Part shown: piece by piece, positions 18,864-29,458 of the stretch | How positions within the stretch are numbered: the first letter of the stretch is position 1 | How the letters are laid out: every line of letters begins with the position of its first letter | NCBI GenBank assembly: GCA_011046135.1 | Contig: DSBG01000137.1 | Coordinates: 23,536-87,535, forward strand | DNA: 64,000 nucleotides | Direction: 5' to 3' | Source of the DNA: Deltaproteobacteria bacterium | Lineage (GTDB): Bacteria > Desulfobacterota > Desulfomonilia > UBA1062 | Made by a program: the position numbers and the translations under genes | The notes under the pieces: generated by a model | What the model was told of the DNA's origin: nothing | The model's database searches: none | The model's input: the letters and a program-made list of their open reading frames with translations, nothing else

Positions 18864-19835
18864 ATGATATCCAAGGGACGGCTCGTCAGCGAGATCGGCG
18901 ACGGAGACAGGATCAAGGCGGTCTTCCTCGTCTCGGAAAGAAGGCTTCTGATGACACGCAACGGGAAACACTATGCGAAGTTTCTCCTTACAGACAAGAC
19001 CGGAGATATTCCGGGAATCATGTGGGATGATGCAGAGCAGCAGATCTCTGGCATAGAGCCCGGTGACGTCGTCGGGGTGAAGGCCAGCGCTGAATCCTAT
19101 GAAAACAGGCTTCAGCTTCGCATTGAGAAGATCCTACGCCTCTCGGACAATGATGTCGATGTGTCGAGCCTCATCCCCACGGTGAACCGGGACATTGCAG
19201 GCATGATGCAGGAACTTGAAGGAATCATGGCTGCAGTCGGGAATAGTCACCTCAAAAGACTCCTGGAGAATGTCTTCTCCCGTGAAGGTGTCAGGGAACA
19301 ATTCATGAAGGCACCTGCGGCCAAGGGTATCCACCACAATTATATCGGGGGCCTCCTCGAGCACACCCTCCAGGTAGTCAGGGCCATCGATGTTCTCCTC
19401 CCGCTCTACGCCCAGGTTGGCCTCAACCGTGACTTGCTCGTCACCGGTGCAGTCCTGCACGACCTGGGAAAGATCTACGAGTATTCCTACTCGCGCATCA
19501 TCGAGATGACTCCCCAGGGAAGGCTGCTCGGCCATATCTATCTCTCTGCACACATAACCGATTCCGAGATTTCATCGATTCCGGACTTCCCGGATGAACT
19601 CAAGCTCCAGCTCCTTCACCTGATCCTTGGTCACCATGGGCAGCTGGAATTCGGTTCACCCAAGCTGCCCATGACCAGGGAGGCCATGGTCCTCCACATG
19701 CTCGATGATCTCGATGCCAAACTGATCGGGTTTACCTCCATCATCGATGCGACGCCCGAAGAGGAATTATTCTCGTCTTTCTCCAGCGTATACAACCGAT
19801 ACCTCTACACCAAAACCTACGAGGAAGAGGAGTAG
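18864..19835 (+). CDS. YhaM/Cbf1-family 3'-5' exoribonuclease (OB fold + HD)
   Basis: LTDKTG OB region, APAAKGIHH, GGLLEHT, LHDLGK, HHGQLEFGSP and DDLDAK motifs. Confidence 0.88.
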   Translation: MISKGRLVSEIGDGDRIKAVFLVSERRLLMTRNGKHYAKFLLTDKTGDIPGIMWDDAEQQISGIEPGDVVGVKASAESYENRLQLRIEKILRLSDNDVDVSSLIPTVNRDIAGMMQELEGIMAAVGNSHLKRLLENVFSREGVREQFMKAPAAKGIHHNYIGGLLEHTLQVVRAIDVLLPLYAQVGLNRDLLVTGAVLHDLGKIYEYSYSRIIEMTPQGRLLGHIYLSAHITDSEISSIPDFPDELKLQLLHLILGHHGQLEFGSPKLPMTREAMVLHMLDDLDAKLIGFTSIIDATPEEELFSSFSSVYNRYLYTKTYEEEE

Positions 19836-19925
19836 CAACCTCACAGGAGTTTCCCGTGCTGAAAAGACCGGAGCCTCGGGGGCTGTCTCAATGTTCTGAA
19901 GCCGGAATGGTCCCCCGGGAGATCT

Positions 19926-19967
19926 CGCCGGAGGTCAGGGGGGGAATGGCCACCCCCGGCGGTTTTT
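19926..19967 (+). terminator. Possible terminator after the yhaM-like gene
   Basis: CGCCGG...CCGGCG stem followed by GTTTTT, between convergent genes; the loop region is large. Confidence 0.35.
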
Positions 19968-19968
19968 C

Positions 19969-20433
19969 TCACTCATCGAGAAGGGAATCGTATTCCTTGA
20001 TAACCCGATAGACCTCCTCGGAAGAGGGGGCTTCCATCATGCGCTGCCTCAGAGCGGTATTTTTCAGGAGCATGGCTGCCCGTGCCAGGGCCTTGAGATG
20101 GCCGCTCGCCGAATTCGTCGGTGCCACGAGGAGAAAAAATATGTGACACGGTTTTCCGTCCAGCGCATCGAATTTGAGCCCTTCTGCGTTGACTCCCACT
20201 GCTGCTGCAATGGTTCGAATCCCAGGAATCTTTCCGTGGGGTATCGCCACCCCATCCCCGATGCCCGTTGCTCCGAGCTTTTCCCTGTTCATCAGGGAAG
20301 ACACCATTTCGTCCAGATCCACCTTGTACTCCTGGGCGATGGGACGGGAGAGTTCGGTGAGGATATCCTTTTTTGTTGTCGCCTCAAGGTGCGTTATGAC
20401 GCACTCAGGCTTGAGAATGTCGAGAATTTTCAT
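19969..20433 (-). CDS. ptsN: PTS EIIA (nitrogen-related)
   Basis: REKLGATGIGDGVAIPH motif; downstream of rpoN-hpf. Confidence 0.9.
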   Translation of the reverse strand: MKILDILKPECVITHLEATTKKDILTELSRPIAQEYKVDLDEMVSSLMNREKLGATGIGDGVAIPHGKIPGIRTIAAAVGVNAEGLKFDALDGKPCHIFFLLVAPTNSASGHLKALARAAMLLKNTALRQRMMEAPSSEEVYRVIKEYDSLLDE

Positions 20434-20954
20434 GGTGTCGGCTCTATCAATCCGAGGTCTCCGTCTTGTCTCCTGTATATGAGATTTATCTGATTCGTTT
20501 CTGTGTTCAGAAAGATGATGAACTCTTTTTCAACGACGTCGATCTGCAGGGCCGCCTCTTCGACGCTCATGGGCTTGATGAAGTATCCCTTCTCGTGGAT
20601 GATACGCGGCTTGGTCTCCGTGGAGGAGGGGGTACCTGTGGATTCGGGAAAAGACTTCGACTGACCCTTTTTCCCCTGGAGTTTCTGCTTGTACTTTTTA
20701 ATCTGCCGCTCCAGCTTATCCATGACCATGTCAATGGCCGCATACAGGTCTTCGGTGATCTCAACGGCATTGATAACCGTTCCATCGGCGTTCACGGTCA
20801 CGTCGGCCTTATGCCGTCTTTTTTCAACAGAAAAAACAACATGTGCCTCAGCGGTTCTGTCAATATATTTATCAATCTTCGACAAGCGTTTTGCTGCGTA
20901 CTCTTTCAGAGCATCGGAAGAATCCAGATTCTTAAAGGTAATATCTATCTGCAT
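20430..20954 (-). CDS. hpf: Ribosome hibernation promoting factor (long HPF)
   Basis: MQIDITFKN, DLYAAID..KLERQ and C-terminal KPMSVEEA..YRRQDG; SD GGAGGA. Confidence 0.93.
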   Translation of the reverse strand: MQIDITFKNLDSSDALKEYAAKRLSKIDKYIDRTAEAHVVFSVEKRRHKADVTVNADGTVINAVEITEDLYAAIDMVMDKLERQIKKYKQKLQGKKGQSKSFPESTGTPSSTETKPRIIHEKGYFIKPMSVEEAALQIDVVEKEFIIFLNTETNQINLIYRRQDGDLGLIEPTP

Positions 20955-20988
20955 GCATCCTCCTCTCCCGCATTCACGGGTTTTGTCC

Positions 20989-22368
20989 TCAGTAGTGTTT
21001 TTTCCTCCGGTTCGATGGCAGAATACCAAGGATATCCCTGTACTTGGCGACCGTTCTTCTGGCGATCTTCACCCCTTTCACCTTGAGATTCTTTGCAATA
21101 GCCTGATCTGAAAGGGGATGTTTCGCATCTTCAGCCTTGATAATGTTCTCGATTTCATTCTTTACGCTCTGAGAGGCAACAAAGCTCCCATCACTTTTCG
21201 AAATGCCGCTGTTGAAGAAGAACTTGAGCTCGAACGTCCCCTGGGGCGTGTGTACATACTTGTTTGATGTGACCCTGCTGATGGTTGATTCGTGCATCCC
21301 AACGTCATCGGCAACATCTCTGAGCACAAGGGGTTTCAATTCGGTGATACCGTGATCAAGGAAGTTCCGCTGAAATTTTACGATACTTTCAGTGACCTTG
21401 CACAGCGTGTTCTGCCGCTGCTGGATGCTTTTCATGAGCCATTGTGCAGATTTGTAGCAATCGGTGAGATATTCTTTTGCCATCCTGCCGGTTTCGTTCG
21501 ATTTCATCATGGTCTGGTACTGTTTGTTCAGGTTCAGCAGCGGGATGTCCTCCTCATTGAGGACAACCATGTACTCGCCCTCGATCTTGACCACGTAGAC
21601 GTCCGGCACCACGTACAGCAGAGGTTCATCCGAATAGTCCCGTGCTGGACGAGGTTCCATGTTGATAATGATCTGGGCTGCCTGCGCGACGTCTTCCACG
21701 GATGCATCGAGTTCCTGGGCGATTTTGTCGAAGTTCTTAGTCTGGAGTTCCTCCAGGTGTGAGTCGATGATTTCCCACACCAGTGTATCTTCCAACCCCA
21801 GGTTGCGCGCCTGAATGTGAAGGCACTCCCTGAGATCCCGTGCGGCGATACCCGCAGGGTCAAACCGCTGAACCCTTTCGAGGGTCGTGTTCACAATGGA
21901 CAGGTCCACGTTCGTTTCTTCACTCACCGCGGCGAGATCCATGGAGAGGTATCCATTGTGATCAAGGTTGCCGATGATGAATAGTCCCACCCTTCGCTCC
22001 TGCTCGCTGAAATCGTTCATCCGAAGCTGCCACAGGAGGTGGTCCAGAAGCCCCTCTTCTCTGCAGGTGGTAGACTCCAGCGACGGCCGCTCGTCATCCT
22101 CGTAGTACGGAATATTGTCCTGTCCGTAGGTTTCGAGATAGGTTTCCCACCGTGCCCGGAGCTGCTCCCTGTCTTCGAAATCACTGGGGCTTTTTTCCCT
22201 GAGCGAGGTGGTGTCTCCCTCGAGGAGAGGATTCGACTCAAGTTCGGTGGTGATGTAGTCAACGAGTTCGAGCCTGGAGAATTGCAGAAGCTTGATCGCC
22301 TGTTGCAGCTGTGGCGTCATAATGAGCTGCTGCGAGAGTTTCAGATGCTGTTTGAGCTCGAGTGCCAT
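20989..22368 (-). CDS. rpoN: RNA polymerase sigma-54 factor
   Basis: MTPQLQQAIKLLQ, HESTISRVT and the RpoN box ARRTVAKYR. Confidence 0.97.
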   Translation of the reverse strand: MALELKQHLKLSQQLIMTPQLQQAIKLLQFSRLELVDYITTELESNPLLEGDTTSLREKSPSDFEDREQLRARWETYLETYGQDNIPYYEDDERPSLESTTCREEGLLDHLLWQLRMNDFSEQERRVGLFIIGNLDHNGYLSMDLAAVSEETNVDLSIVNTTLERVQRFDPAGIAARDLRECLHIQARNLGLEDTLVWEIIDSHLEELQTKNFDKIAQELDASVEDVAQAAQIIINMEPRPARDYSDEPLLYVVPDVYVVKIEGEYMVVLNEEDIPLLNLNKQYQTMMKSNETGRMAKEYLTDCYKSAQWLMKSIQQRQNTLCKVTESIVKFQRNFLDHGITELKPLVLRDVADDVGMHESTISRVTSNKYVHTPQGTFELKFFFNSGISKSDGSFVASQSVKNEIENIIKAEDAKHPLSDQAIAKNLKVKGVKIARRTVAKYRDILGILPSNRRKKHY

Positions 22369-22380
22369 ACGCTACCCACC

Positions 22381-23112
22381 TTACTGCAGAGTGAAATCTT
22401 TTCCCACGTAAATCTGCCGAACCTGTTCATTAGCCACGACCCGTTCGGGGTCTCCTTCCTCTATCACAACCCCCTGGTGTATGATGTACGCCCTGTCACA
22501 TATCTTCAGGGTTTCCTTTACGTTATGATCGGTAATAATGACACCAATTCCTCGATTTTTCAAGGTCACGATCATGTCCTGGATATCTTTTACCGTGATG
22601 GGATCGATCCCGGCGAATGGCTCGTCGAGGAGGAGATACCGTGGGTTCAAGGCCATCGACCGTGCAATTTCAACCCTGCGCCGTTCCCCGCCTGACACGG
22701 AGAGGCCCTTGTGGTGCCTCACGTGTTCAAGGCCGAACCCGCTGATGATGTTATCAATCTCCTGGGTCAAGTCCTGAGCTCTGAGGCCTTTTGCCTCCAG
22801 GGGCACCCTGATGTTGTCTTCGACGCTCAACCCCCTGAACACAGAAGGTTCCTGCGGCAGGTACCCGATGCCCAGCAGGGCCCTTTCTGCCAGATCGAGG
22901 TGCGTGATCTCTTCACTTCCCAGGCGAACAAGCCCCCTGTCCGGACGGATGAGACCGACGACCATGTAGAAGGTTGTGGTCTTCCCTGCACCGTTTGGTC
23001 CAAGCAGCCCCACGATCTCGCCCTGGGTGCACATGATGTCGAGCCCCCTGATGACGTGCAGTCTGCCGAAGGACTTTTCCAGGCCAGTGGCGGAAAGAAC
23101 TAGTTCTCCCAT
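22381..23112 (-). CDS. lptB: LPS export ABC ATPase
   Basis: GPNGAGKTT, YLPQEPSVF, SGGERRRVEIAR, LDEPFAGIDP and TDHNV motifs. Confidence 0.95.
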   Translation of the reverse strand: MGELVLSATGLEKSFGRLHVIRGLDIMCTQGEIVGLLGPNGAGKTTTFYMVVGLIRPDRGLVRLGSEEITHLDLAERALLGIGYLPQEPSVFRGLSVEDNIRVPLEAKGLRAQDLTQEIDNIISGFGLEHVRHHKGLSVSGGERRRVEIARSMALNPRYLLLDEPFAGIDPITVKDIQDMIVTLKNRGIGVIITDHNVKETLKICDRAYIIHQGVVIEEGDPERVVANEQVRQIYVGKDFTLQ

Positions 23113-23606
23113 TTCAGTATCCCTGATTCGTGCTCCGTGTTGACCCTGATTTTAACACGTCCCCCCTGCCCTTCCACGATCTGTCTGTTGGAGGCCATGT
23201 CCATGATGACTTTCTGGCCCGAAATCTGTTCGGGACCCCTGGTTATGAGCACATCTCCGGAAAGAACCATCGTGGCGGATTCAAGATCGTAGGTTACTTC
23301 GGTGCAGGATGCCTCTTTATCCTCCCATGCTATGCTCACCTCTCCCGTCGCTACCAGGGAGCTCAGCGTGCTGGTTTCAGGATTGTAGCGCACCCGGAGG
23401 AGGGAACTCGAAAGGGTTATGGCATCTTTTTTCGCACGGACATTCCCCTCGAAGACCGCTTCTCCGGTGAGCGTGTTTACCTCGAGCCTGTCGGACTCTA
23501 TCTCGATCATGGGGCTTTGAGGCGATGATTCCTCAAGGCTCTGGGCATGAAGCAGGCCAGACAGGAGAAGACTAAGAACGAACCATATCGGGAGAAATTT
23601 TCGCAT
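23100..23606 (-). CDS. lptA: LPS transport periplasmic protein LptA
   Basis: Signal peptide; IEIESDRL..FEGNV OstA-like motif; GRVK near the C-terminus; synteny. Confidence 0.85.
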   Translation of the reverse strand: MRKFLPIWFVLSLLLSGLLHAQSLEESSPQSPMIEIESDRLEVNTLTGEAVFEGNVRAKKDAITLSSSLLRVRYNPETSTLSSLVATGEVSIAWEDKEASCTEVTYDLESATMVLSGDVLITRGPEQISGQKVIMDMASNRQIVEGQGGRVKIRVNTEHESGILKWEN

Positions 23607-24096
23607 GAACTCCGCCACTGAAACGAATCAGGTTGAAATTTTGATGGAACCGTGCCCCGGCTGCCTCGATGATACCCTGCGGTCCTTCCACCCTCAGGGG
23701 GTTGTCCGTATACGCGACGTTTGATTTTCGATCCCAGCTCAGCCCGTCGAGGATTGCCTTCATCCCCTCGGCGGTTTCGATGAAGACCGTTCCATCGATT
23801 TCGAGAAGGGCCTCCTCGAAATCGTAGCGGGCGTGTGTTCCACGTATATGTAGCCCGTTGGAACCCGAGAGTTCAAAATCTGTGAGAACAGCCCTCCGGT
23901 CGTCCTGTTCCACGATTTCCCGAGCCGAGATGGAGAGTGACCGTGAGCCATTCTCAGAGTACTCGAAGAGATTGATGTTCGATGCCACGCGAAGAAAGGG
24001 AGCTTCGTCAAGCACAGATGGAAGTTCCTCTCGATCGGAAAAGAGCACGATCAGAGAGACGATGACTGCCGGGATAATGAGCCACTTAATCCACAT
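23572..24096 (-). CDS. lptC: LPS export protein LptC
   Basis: N-terminal TM and beta-jellyroll-like sequence; located between kdsC and lptA. Confidence 0.78.
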   Translation of the reverse strand: MWIKWLIIPAVIVSLIVLFSDREELPSVLDEAPFLRVASNINLFEYSENGSRSLSISAREIVEQDDRRAVLTDFELSGSNGLHIRGTHARYDFEEALLEIDGTVFIETAEGMKAILDGLSWDRKSNVAYTDNPLRVEGPQGIIEAAGARFHQNFNLIRFSGGVHAKISPDMVRS

Positions 24097-24589
24097 AGCG
24101 TTTCATCACGTCGTCGAAGAGATCAAGATTCTTGAGCACGATCTCCACGGCCTCCCTCACCGCTCCTGTGCCCCCCGGCAGCGAGGTGACGATATCAACC
24201 CGTTCTTTGACCATATCAACTGCATCAGCGGGAGCGAAACTGGTTCCACACAGGGCCATGGCGGGCAGATCCACCACGTCATCCCCCATATAGGCCATGT
24301 CTTCCGGCGGTATTCCCAGGATGCCGGACAGCTCTTTGAGCGCTGATCGCTTGTCCTTGGCTCCCTGCATGACATGGCGAACGCCGAGGTCTTCAGCACG
24401 GTGCTCCAGTGCCCTGGAGGTTCTTCCGGTGATGAGGGCGACCTCGATCCCGGCCTTCATGAGGAGCTTCAGCCCGTGCCCGTCCTTGCTGTTGAATGCT
24501 TTGATCTCGGATCCCTCGTCGGTATAGTATATACGGGAATCCGTGAGTACCCCGTCAACGTCTAGCACCAGCACTCTGATGTTCTTCAT
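24086..24589 (-). CDS. kdsC: KDO 8-phosphate phosphatase
   Basis: LDVDGVLTD, KDGHG, ITGR, GDDVVD and GGTGAVRE motifs. Confidence 0.95.
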   Translation of the reverse strand: MKNIRVLVLDVDGVLTDSRIYYTDEGSEIKAFNSKDGHGLKLLMKAGIEVALITGRTSRALEHRAEDLGVRHVMQGAKDKRSALKELSGILGIPPEDMAYMGDDVVDLPAMALCGTSFAPADAVDMVKERVDIVTSLPGGTGAVREAVEIVLKNLDLFDDVMKRYVD

Positions 24590-25398
24590 GCAACCACCGA
24601 ATGGAGCTTTTTCAGCTGTTCGAGGAGGGCACTCAGCTGTTCGAGGGGAAACGAATTAGGGCCGTCACTCAATGCAGCGTCAGGGTTGTCGTGTATTTCC
24701 ATGAAGAGGGCATTCACGCCGAAAGCCGTACCTGCACGTGCCATCGGTACAATGAACTCCCGGTTTCCCCCCGATGATGATCCCCTGCCCCCGGGAAGCT
24801 GGAGGCTGTGCGTGACATCGAGCACCACCGGACGGCAGAGCTCCTGCATGATCCCCAGGCTTCTCAAGTCACACACGAGATTGTTATAACCGAAGGATGT
24901 GCCGCGTTCCGTCAGCATGATGCCATGGTTGCCCGTGCTCTCGATCTTTTCGATGGCATGAGTCATGTCCCAGGGAGCCATGAACTGGCCCTTCTTGATG
25001 TTGATGGGCAGCCCCGTTTCCCCCGCGGCCAGGAGGAGGTCTGTCTGACGGCACAGAAAGGCAGGGATCTGGAGAAGGTCGAGGACCTCTGCAGCTGCCG
25101 GAGCCTGGGCAGGATCATGGATGTCGGAAGTGACGGGCAGGCCGAGATCCTCTCTGATCCCGGAGAGGATCTCGAGGCCAGCTTCAAGACCCGGTCCCCG
25201 ATAGGCATGGAGGGACGATCGATTCGCCTTGTCAAAGGATGCCTTGAAAATGAAAGGAATGCCGGCGCTTGTGGTTATTTCCCGGAGGGATTCAGCCAGG
25301 AACCTCGCATGGTCCCGTGATTCGATGACACACGGTCCGGCAATCAGTACGAGATCCTTGCCGCCGACACACACACCTCCTACCTGAACAGCCTGCAT
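24586..25398 (-). CDS. kdsA: KDO 8-phosphate synthase
   Basis: AGPCVIES, KASFDKANRSS, QIPAFLCRQTD, KKGQF and SDGPN motifs. Confidence 0.96.
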   Translation of the reverse strand: MQAVQVGGVCVGGKDLVLIAGPCVIESRDHARFLAESLREITTSAGIPFIFKASFDKANRSSLHAYRGPGLEAGLEILSGIREDLGLPVTSDIHDPAQAPAAAEVLDLLQIPAFLCRQTDLLLAAGETGLPINIKKGQFMAPWDMTHAIEKIESTGNHGIMLTERGTSFGYNNLVCDLRSLGIMQELCRPVVLDVTHSLQLPGGRGSSSGGNREFIVPMARAGTAFGVNALFMEIHDNPDAALSDGPNSFPLEQLSALLEQLKKLHSVVA

Positions 25399-25705
25399 GG
25401 AGTCACCTCATGACGTGCCCTGCTTCTCTTTTCTCTCCCACTGTCTCTGAAGCACGATGACCCGAGCCCTCGGGAAAAAGGCGCGCCGTTTCCTGTAGGA
25501 GATGTACCGTAGGGGTATGCAGGTGTCAAGCAGGTATACCGCTTTACGGGAAGACAAGCCGTCTTCAGCTCCGGGAACCGCTACCCTGAGAGGATGGCTT
25601 TTCCTCTGTGAACCCCTCTTCTGAGCTCGGGAGGTCACGGGAAGATCTCGGTGCTTGACTCGGCAGCTCAAAGCGGGGTAGGTCACACCTATAAAGGAGG
25701 TTGTT

Positions 25706-26131
25706 ATGGCAGGTTCAATTAACAAGGTTCTTCTCATTGGTCGGTTGGGGAAAGATCCTGAAATGAGATTTACCCCCAACGGAAAGGCAGTCACGAATTT
25801 CACGCTGGCCACCAACGAGGTGTGGACGGATCAGAACGGAGAGCGGCAGGAGCGCACCGAGTGGCACAGGATCGTTACCTGGGGAAAGCTCGCCGAGAAC
25901 TGTGCCAAGCTGCTCTCGAAAGGGAAGCTTGCCTACGTGGAGGGACGTCTCCAGACAAGGCAGTGGGACGACAGAGACGGCAACAAGCGCTACACCACCG
26001 AGATCATAGCCAACCAGATGCAGATCCTCTCACCGATGGACTCCGCTGACAGGTCAGGGGATGCCGAGCCCGATTTCGGGCCCAACAACGGGGTGGCCGG
26101 ATCTCAGGAGTTTGACGACATTCCGTTTTGA
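25706..26131 (+). CDS. ssb: Single-stranded DNA-binding protein
   Basis: [21 protein letters not shown] and C-terminal DDIPF; SD AAGGAGG. Confidence 0.97.
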   Translation: MAGSINKVLLIGRLGKDPEMRFTPNGKAVTNFTLATNEVWTDQNGERQERTEWHRIVTWGKLAENCAKLLSKGKLAYVEGRLQTRQWDDRDGNKRYTTEIIANQMQILSPMDSADRSGDAEPDFGPNNGVAGSQEFDDIPF

Positions 26132-26150
26132 GCAGGCGTGTCACAGGCAC

Positions 26151-27308
26151 CTAAGAAAGTTCCGCCGCCACCTTTTTCAGTCCTTGGGCAGCACCACTGA
26201 TCACAGACTCGTCGACGCAGTAGGCGAACCGTACGTAGCCACCGCGGCCGAAGCCTTTTCCAGGCACTGCAAGGATTCGTTCGTTCGCCAGGGCAGAACA
26301 GAAGGCAATATCGTCCTCGATGGGTGAGCGTGCAAAGAGGTAGAAGGTACCTTCCGGCTTCGCATAACCGAGGCCTGCCTCATCGAGGATGGACGTGAAC
26401 AGGTCCCTTCGCCTCTGATAGATCGACACATCGACGCCACAGGAAAGGCACCGGGAAAAAACTTGCTGCATCAGTGCAGGGGCATTGACGAACCCCAGTA
26501 TCCTGGTGGCGAGAATCATTGCGTCGACCAGTAGTTCCCGATGGGGGCCACGAGGGCTCAACGCGATATATCCGATCCGTTCTCCTGCCAGGGAAAGTTC
26601 CTTCGATGCCGAGGTGACAACCACCGAGTTGGGAAAGATGGCCGGTATGGATGGGACCTCCACACCGTCATAGACGATCGATCGGTAGGGTTCATCGGAG
26701 ATCACGAGAATCTCCGGATGCCGTCTCAACACATGGCTGATCTCCTCCAGGACTCCCCCATGATAAACCCTGCCCGAAGGATTGTTCGGCGTGTTCAGAA
26801 TGATGGCCCGGGTGCGCTCCGTAATTGCCCGTGCTATGGTTTCACCTGAAGGAAGAAACGTATCATCGCAGGGGGCGTCCACAAGGACCCCCCCGTGATT
26901 TTCCACGTAGAATCCATATTCCACGAAGTACGGCGACAGAACGATCACCTCGTCACCTGGATCGATGATGGCCTTCAGGACCACATTGAGGCCCCCGCCT
27001 GCACCGCAGGACATGATGATATTTTTCGGTGAGAAATCAACCCCGTAGAGCTTCGAGGCATGGGAAGCGACATTCTTCCTCACATCGGGATAGCCGGCAT
27101 TCGGCATGTAGCCGTGATGCATGGTCCTGCCCAGGGAAGACATGGCATCGAGGACCTCCTCAGGGGGAGGAATGTCAGGATTCCCGAGGCTGAAGTCGAA
27201 CACGTGCTCACTGCCGTGGATCGATTTCAACGCCGCCCCCTGTTCGAACATTTTCCTGATCCACGATGCCCTGTTCAGGTAGCCCGACATCTTTCTCGAA
27301 ACCGTCAT
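26151..27308 (-). CDS. PLP-dependent class I/II aminotransferase (aspartate aminotransferase-like)
   Basis: SWIRKMFE, FSLGNP, NTPNNPSG, SDEPY and SKELSLAGERIGY motifs. Confidence 0.92.
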   Translation of the reverse strand: MTVSRKMSGYLNRASWIRKMFEQGAALKSIHGSEHVFDFSLGNPDIPPPEEVLDAMSSLGRTMHHGYMPNAGYPDVRKNVASHASKLYGVDFSPKNIIMSCGAGGGLNVVLKAIIDPGDEVIVLSPYFVEYGFYVENHGGVLVDAPCDDTFLPSGETIARAITERTRAIILNTPNNPSGRVYHGGVLEEISHVLRRHPEILVISDEPYRSIVYDGVEVPSIPAIFPNSVVVTSASKELSLAGERIGYIALSPRGPHRELLVDAMILATRILGFVNAPALMQQVFSRCLSCGVDVSIYQRRRDLFTSILDEAGLGYAKPEGTFYLFARSPIEDDIAFCSALANERILAVPGKGFGRGGYVRFAYCVDESVISGAAQGLKKVAAELS

Positions 27309-27577
27309 ATATGCCCCCGGTATGGTGATAACAGCCACTATAGCAGCCAAGGCGATGATTGTACAGTCAGGCTCATGACGAGGGAAATCATCACCGATAG
27401 GTGGAACCAGGGGACCTTCCGGAAAGGTTGATCAGCACCGAAGGTGCAGGCCTTCCACTGGATCGATTCGCAGGTTGTAGCAGGGATCATTCAATGGTAT
27501 CCTCACCCAGGTACCAGGAAATCAGCCGTGAGTTCAGAGACGGTCGTCACGATGGAAGAGACTTCGGGGAGAGAGGG

Positions 27578-29458
27578 ATGAAAAAAGGTGCGTGGTACGG
27601 GTTATTCTTTGTTCTGCTGAGTGTGCTCGTGTTCGGGGTCTATTTCAATATCCTGGACAATGAACCCACGAACTGGGACGATCCTGCGCTCTTCACACGG
27701 AGTGCGATTCACACGGTCACGATCGAAAATCTCAGGACCGTTCTTTCCGTCAGCAGGAGTTCCACGTATCAACCCATCAGGGATCTGTCCTACATGATAG
27801 ACTTCGCTCTGTTCAAAGACAACGTGGTCTTTGGGATGCACCTGCACAGCATCCTGCTCTACCTGCTCATGGTGATGGCGTGCTGGCTGTTCCTCATGGA
27901 ACTCTTCAGGGTGTTTCTCGATGACGAGTCACTGTGCTTCACCTGGGCGTGTCTGTCCACCGTGATCTTTGCGGTTCACCCGGTCCACGTGGAGAGCGTT
28001 GCATGGCTCTACGCACGGAAGGAACCGTTAATGGGCATCTTCACCTTCATGAGCCTGTGGTCCTTTCTGAAGGCTCGATCGAGCCGGCCCGGCTACTATG
28101 TTCTCAGTGTTTTCCTGGTTCTCCTTGCTGTCCTGTCCAAACCGACGGCCCTGGTGATCCCTGCCATGATGGTTGTTCTTGATCTCGCAGTTCAGGCAAG
28201 GAAGAGAGAGGTCTCCTTCTGGAGAAAGAGGGCATTCGTCTACATTCCCCTGCTCATCATCGTGGTACCCATGAGCCTCTGGCTGCTGACTATGATGATC
28301 TCCGTTGGAGGGGTGAAACCTTATCACGGGGGAACGTTCTGGACCAATCTCCTGGCAGTTTTCCACATCTTGATCAACTATATCACGCTGATCGGGTTTA
28401 CCATCAACTATGCGGCCGATTATCCCCTGGAGCTCTATGCAGATCCACAGGTCTGGAAGACATGGGTCTTCGTGGGGCTCAACGTGGTCCTGATCGCGAG
28501 CGCTATCCTGGCGTTCGTGAAAAAGCACTACCTCTATGCCGTCTTTGTGGCGTGGTACTACATCTTCCTCCTGCCCGTGGCGCACATCTTCCCCATCGCA
28601 CAGATCATGGCGGACCGCTACGCGCTGCTCTCCTCCCTTTCCTGGTGTGTCCTGCTGGGATATCTCCTGGCGAGGCTGTGGCACGTGCGGCTCGAACACA
28701 CCAGGTTCTCTCCTGAATTCCCCATGATCATCGCGATCACACTCTTTTCTCTGATCGTTCTTGCCTATTCCTACATGACGGTCAGGCAGAACGATATCTG
28801 GCAGAACGCACAGACCCTGTGGGAAGACACCCTTGCAAAGTACCCCAATTCCAGTCCTGCAAACGTGAATCTCTCGGCAATCTACGTCGAGCAGGGGCGT
28901 TTCCAGGAGGTGCAGGAACTCTGCCTGAGGGCCATCAAACAGGTCCCGTACGACTACCTTGCCATCAGCAACCTCGCCCTTGCCCAGATGATGATGGGGC
29001 AGTATGACCATGCCATCTTCAACTATGAGCAGGCCCTCAAGCTCAAGCCCGGTCTCGTCAAGGCAGAGATGGGGCTGGCCAGCTCCTACTGGGCAGCCGG
29101 AGACTACGAGAATGCCTATCAGCTCTATCTCAAGCTCTGGAAAGAGAACAACCTCGGCAATCCGGGACACCGGGCCATGAGTTTCTATCGTCTCGGGGTG
29201 GCTTCCTGGAAACAGGGGAACACGGAAGAGGCCCTTTCCTTTCTCAGCAGAGCAGAGGCCCTGGCAGAAGACAACGAGCAGCTGCTCACGGATCTCGGGG
29301 GAATGTATACCAGCATGGGAGCTATTCCCAGGGCCCTCGAGGTCTATGGACGCCTGTACCGGCTGCTTGATGACGATGATCTGAAGAAGATGCTCAGGGA
29401 CCTCCTGAATGCACTCCGGGCACATCCCTCCCTGAAGAGGGAAGGATCTTCACAATGA
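27578..29458 (+). CDS. TMTC-like GT-C membrane glycosyltransferase with C-terminal TPR repeats
   Basis: TNWDDP, YQPIRD, HPVHVESVAW..ARKE, LSKPTA, ADRY and WQN..TLW motifs; about 11 TM segments followed by TPR-like helices. Confidence 0.8.
   Translation: MKKGAWYGLFFVLLSVLVFGVYFNILDNEPTNWDDPALFTRSAIHTVTIENLRTVLSVSRSSTYQPIRDLSYMIDFALFKDNVVFGMHLHSILLYLLMVMACWLFLMELFRVFLDDESLCFTWACLSTVIFAVHPVHVESVAWLYARKEPLMGIFTFMSLWSFLKARSSRPGYYVLSVFLVLLAVLSKPTALVIPAMMVVLDLAVQARKREVSFWRKRAFVYIPLLIIVVPMSLWLLTMMISVGGVKPYHGGTFWTNLLAVFHILINYITLIGFTINYAADYPLELYADPQVWKTWVFVGLNVVLIASAILAFVKKHYLYAVFVAWYYIFLLPVAHIFPIAQIMADRYALLSSLSWCVLLGYLLARLWHVRLEHTRFSPEFPMIIAITLFSLIVLAYSYMTVRQNDIWQNAQTLWEDTLAKYPNSSPANVNLSAIYVEQGRFQEVQELCLRAIKQVPYDYLAISNLALAQMMMGQYDHAIFNYEQALKLKPGLVKAEMGLASSYWAAGDYENAYQLYLKLWKENNLGNPGHRAMSFYRLGVASWKQGNTEEALSFLSRAEALAEDNEQLLTDLGGMYTSMGAIPRALEVYGRLYRLLDDDDLKKMLRDLLNALRAHPSLKREGSSQ

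Noticed and set aside
19969-25398. Absence of kdsD, pyrG and rapZ/npr from the kdsA-rpoN-ptsN operon
   Set aside because: Such rearrangements are common and the genes may be elsewhere; no pseudogene remnants were seen.
28028-29425. 465-aa antisense ORF, and similar long shadows at 47507-48871, 42732-43841, 8156-9340 and 61442-62578
   Set aside because: Each lies opposite a well-supported gene, has no recognisable motifs, and is expected from codon bias in GC-rich DNA. The identical 454-aa length of the rmuC shadow is coincidental.
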